NCBI GenBank assembly: GCA_964633285.1
Contig: CAZWGA010000028.1
Location: 960-64,959, forward strand
Length of the DNA stretch: 64,000 bases
Reading direction: 5' to 3'
From: an uncultured Solibacteraceae bacterium
Lineage (GTDB): Bacteria > Acidobacteriota > Terriglobia > 20CM-2-55-15
Shown: in pieces, positions 61,633 through 64,000 of the stretch
Numbering within the stretch: the stretch's first letter is position 1
How the letters are laid out: every line of letters begins with the position of its first letter
Translations under genes and position numbers: made by a program
The notes under the pieces: generated by a model
The model's database searches: none
Told to the model about the DNA's origin: nothing
What the model saw: only the letters and a program-made list of their open reading frames with translations

Positions 61633-62019
61633 ATGCCATTCCCTCTTTTCCTCCACCGTTTCCTCTCCTTCGGCCGCCACGCTGAAATCATGGCCGTCGA
61701 TCATCTCCGTTCCCTCGGCTATCGCATTGTGATCTCGCCTTATCGCACCAAAAACGGCGAAGTCGACATCATCGCCTGGGACCACGACACGCTTGTGTTT
61801 ATCGAAGTCAAAGCCCGGCGCAACTCTGAGCCGCCTCAGGATTCCGTGGGCTTCAAAAAACAACGCCGTGTCATCCGCGCCGCTCAAAGCTACATGGCAT
61901 ACCACCGGCTTCACGACGTGCCTTATCGTTTCGATATCCTTGCAATCACCGCTTTGCCCGGATCGAAGCCGGAGTTTCGGCACCTTCGCGATGCATTTAA
62001 CGTCGACGATCGGACTTAG
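61633..62019 (+). CDS. yraN: YraN/UPF0102 family protein
   Basis: GEVDIIAW...LVFIEVKAR...RFDILAI motifs. The start could be 61618. Confidence 0.9.
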   Translation: MPFPLFLHRFLSFGRHAEIMAVDHLRSLGYRIVISPYRTKNGEVDIIAWDHDTLVFIEVKARRNSEPPQDSVGFKKQRRVIRAAQSYMAYHRLHDVPYRFDILAITALPGSKPEFRHLRDAFNVDDRT

Positions 62020-62268
62020 TTAAGTTAGCCGCGCTGTCACAGAGGAGCGCGCATCAGACTCTTCGAGGACCGGTTCATCAATATCGATTCCTTTGTACGC
62101 GCGCCGATCATCGGGTTTTTCCACCCGCCATGGTTTTGCGGCGACCGCCATCGGCATCAGTCTTGCCACGGGTTGGCCGTGACGAAGAATCACGATTGTT
62201 GCGCCTGTTTCCACGAGATCTACAAGTTCGCAAAACCTCTTCTTCACTTCTGCAATTGGAGCTTCCAT
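62020..62268 (-). CDS. Phd/YefM-family antitoxin, orphan
   Basis: 'IAEVKKRFCELVDLVETGATIVILRHGQPVARLMP'. No toxin gene downstream. Confidence 0.8.
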   Translation of the reverse strand: MEAPIAEVKKRFCELVDLVETGATIVILRHGQPVARLMPMAVAAKPWRVEKPDDRRAYKGIDIDEPVLEESDARSSVTARLT

Positions 62269-62374
62269 GACCATATTTTTGACCATTTTGTTTTTTGGGG
62301 TCAGTGCCCGATGCCGGATTTCTCCTACGGCCTTCTGCCTCGTGACATCCATGTGTATAATGGACCTTCTCTAT

Positions 62375-62446
62375 GCGGGACTAACTCAGTGGTAGAGTGC
62401 GACCTTGCCAAGGTCGAAGTCGCGGGTTCGAATCCCGTGTCCCGCT
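62375..62446 (+). tRNA. tRNA-Gly(GCC); CCA not encoded
   Basis: Cloverleaf: acceptor GCGGGAC/GTCCCGC, D arm ACTC/GAGT, anticodon stem CGACC/GGTCG with GCC at 62407-09, T arm GCGGG-TTCGAAT-CCCGT, discriminator U. TATAAT at 62356-62361. Confidence 0.97.
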
Positions 62447-62768
62447 CTTACTTTACAAACTTTTCTGCCCCAGTTCTGCCGCATTTAGTTCACAAACGCC
62501 GATTCCAGCGTCTCGCCGTTTCCAATGGATCCGTCGGCGATGCCTGCGTTTAGACGTTCAGATCACGCGCTGGGAGGCAGAAGGGACTGCTGAAAGAGCG
62601 CGATGAGCATTGACACGTCGATTTTATAACACCAAACATCGGTGCTGACCGCGCCGGCTGCCCACCGCAGCGCGGGCTGAACGCTCCGGTCCGCGTGTTT
62701 CGCACATCCTTCCCTATTGTTAACGCGCCGGTCTGTTATCGGACCGAATTCCGTGCTATAAGCAAAGT

Positions 62769-63068
62769 ATGAATTTGCAGAGGGATATCAAGCCAATCAC
62801 CTATTTGAAGAATCGTACAGCGGATGTGGTTCAACGTGTGAACGAAGGTCAAACCTTGGTTATCACTCAAAATGGCGAAGCGAAAATGGTCGTGATGGGG
62901 GTCGAAGAATACGACCGGCTTCAAAACGCGCTCGCCCTTCTGAAGATTGTTCAGCAGTCCGAAGCCGATATCAGGCGAGGCCGCACTATCCCTCAAGAGC
63001 AGGTTTTTCGTAAAGCCGAACGAATAATCACCGAAGCCACATCCAATCCACGCAAGCTAAAGGCATAG
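62769..63068 (+). CDS. Phd/YefM-family antitoxin
   Basis: 'DIKPITYLKNRTADVVQRVNEGQTLVITQNGEAKMVVMGVEEY'. Leaderless-type start 6 nt after TGCTATAAG. Confidence 0.92.
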   Translation: MNLQRDIKPITYLKNRTADVVQRVNEGQTLVITQNGEAKMVVMGVEEYDRLQNALALLKIVQQSEADIRRGRTIPQEQVFRKAERIITEATSNPRKLKA

Positions 63069-63069
63069 C

Positions 63070-63402
63070 TTGCGGCAAAAACTCCGCGTCGAGTGGACCG
63101 AAACGGCGAGCGCCGATCTTGAAGACATCATCCGGTTCATTGCCAAAGATTCTCCGCTCAATGCGGCCAGGCTCTACAAACGGATTCGCGAGCGAACACG
63201 CAGTCTACGTGCATTCCCAAAACGTGGACACGTTGTTCCTGAATTAGCCGCGCTGAATGTTGCGGGCTATCTGGAGATGTCTGCGCCTCCTTATCGCATC
63301 GTGTACCGGATCGAGAAATCGAACGTGACCGTTCTTGCCGTTCTCGATGGCCGCCGCGATCTTAAACAATTTCTCGCGGAGCGTCTGTTGCGCACTCCGT
63401 AA
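63070..63402 (+). CDS. RelE/ParE-family toxin
   Basis: 'VEWTETASADLEDIIRFI...FPKRGHVVPE...YRIVYRI...VLAVLDGRRDL'. TTG start 1 nt after the antitoxin stop. Confidence 0.92.
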   Translation: MRQKLRVEWTETASADLEDIIRFIAKDSPLNAARLYKRIRERTRSLRAFPKRGHVVPELAALNVAGYLEMSAPPYRIVYRIEKSNVTVLAVLDGRRDLKQFLAERLLRTP

Positions 63403-63515
63403 TGTGCAAGGCAAGTGTTGAATTTCGAAACACATCGCGATAAAAGAGTGCAACAAAAGCTCAACAAAAAATGGGAACGCAGCCCTATGTGTCCGTTTCC
63501 TGTGGAGGTATTCCG

Positions 63516-64000
63516 ATGAACTCCGTGCTGAAACCGTTAGCCAAAGTCATTATGGTTGTTCTGCTCGGCGCGCCGTTTGCTGTTGCGGCGCAGCGGACAG
63601 CGGGCGAGATCCGCGGGAAAGTTCTCGACCCGTCGTCCGCGTTGATTCCGGGTGTCAACATTCAGATTAAGGATCGAGCGACAAGCGAAACGCGGGAAGC
63701 CATTTCCGACGAGGTGGGAGTATTCGTTTTATTGAATGTCCTTCCCGGCGTGTATGAATTGACCGCAACGCTCACTGGATTTCAGACATCGGTCTATCCG
63801 CAGGTCGTGGTCGAGGCGGCGCGCGCAACCGACATTGAAGTCCGCCTCGTTGTAGGCGGACGGTCGGAAACAGTCGAGGTGTCGACGTCGAACGTTCCTG
63901 TTCTTGAAACGACGGCGAACATGATCAGCACCACCGTTTCCAACAATTACATCCAGGACCTTCCACTCAGTGGCCGCAATACGCTTCCATTTGCAACGTT
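63516..64000 (+). CDS. TonB-dependent receptor, Oar-like (3'-truncated at window edge; not in the ORF track)
   Basis: GGAGG SD. MNSVLKPLAK...AAQRTAGEIRGKVLDPSSALIPGVNI...TGFQT...IQDLPLSGRN, with the frame open to the window end. Confidence 0.9.
   Translation, partial: MNSVLKPLAKVIMVVLLGAPFAVAAQRTAGEIRGKVLDPSSALIPGVNIQIKDRATSETREAISDEVGVFVLLNVLPGVYELTATLTGFQTSVYPQVVVEAARATDIEVRLVVGGRSETVEVSTSNVPVLETTANMISTTVSNNYIQDLPLSGRNTLPFAT

Noticed and set aside
62447-64000. Complete prophage or genomic island with attR
   Set aside because: No integrase, phage structural gene or duplicated tRNA 3' end within the window. Only the weak scar signal is reported.

Overview
A 64-kb chromosomal segment, most likely from an Acidobacteriota bacterium. 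This is inferred from the gene repertoire: a PadR + ADOP permease pair, four Acidobacteria-type VWA proteins and four Oar-like TonB-dependent receptors with carboxypeptidase-regulatory-like N-termini. It holds about 48 protein-coding genes and one tRNA-Gly(GCC). Housekeeping genes include ligA, proC, glgA, hemW, ltaE, ddl, cysS and yraN. Cell-envelope genes include the alternative peptidoglycan pair murL/murD2 and a 2668-aa dockerin/NHL/IPT surface protein. There are two complete toxin-antitoxin pairs and one orphan antitoxin. I found no CRISPR array, rRNA, transposase or prophage. The most interesting signals are not in the ORF track. (1) A candidate ~145-nt sRNA at ~46016-46162 has a textbook sigma54 (-24/-12) promoter, an IHF-like site, a 14-bp perfect helix and its own terminator. 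(2) A self-contained transcription unit at 56659-56873 (TTGACA promoter, Shine-Dalgarno (SD), terminator) encodes only the 15-aa peptide MKKAPAKKKKATKKK. (3) Many genes appear to be transcribed without a leader. (4) A short dispersed GGGG(A/T)CAG repeat sits at gene junctions. All family assignments come from reading motifs by eye; no database search was run.
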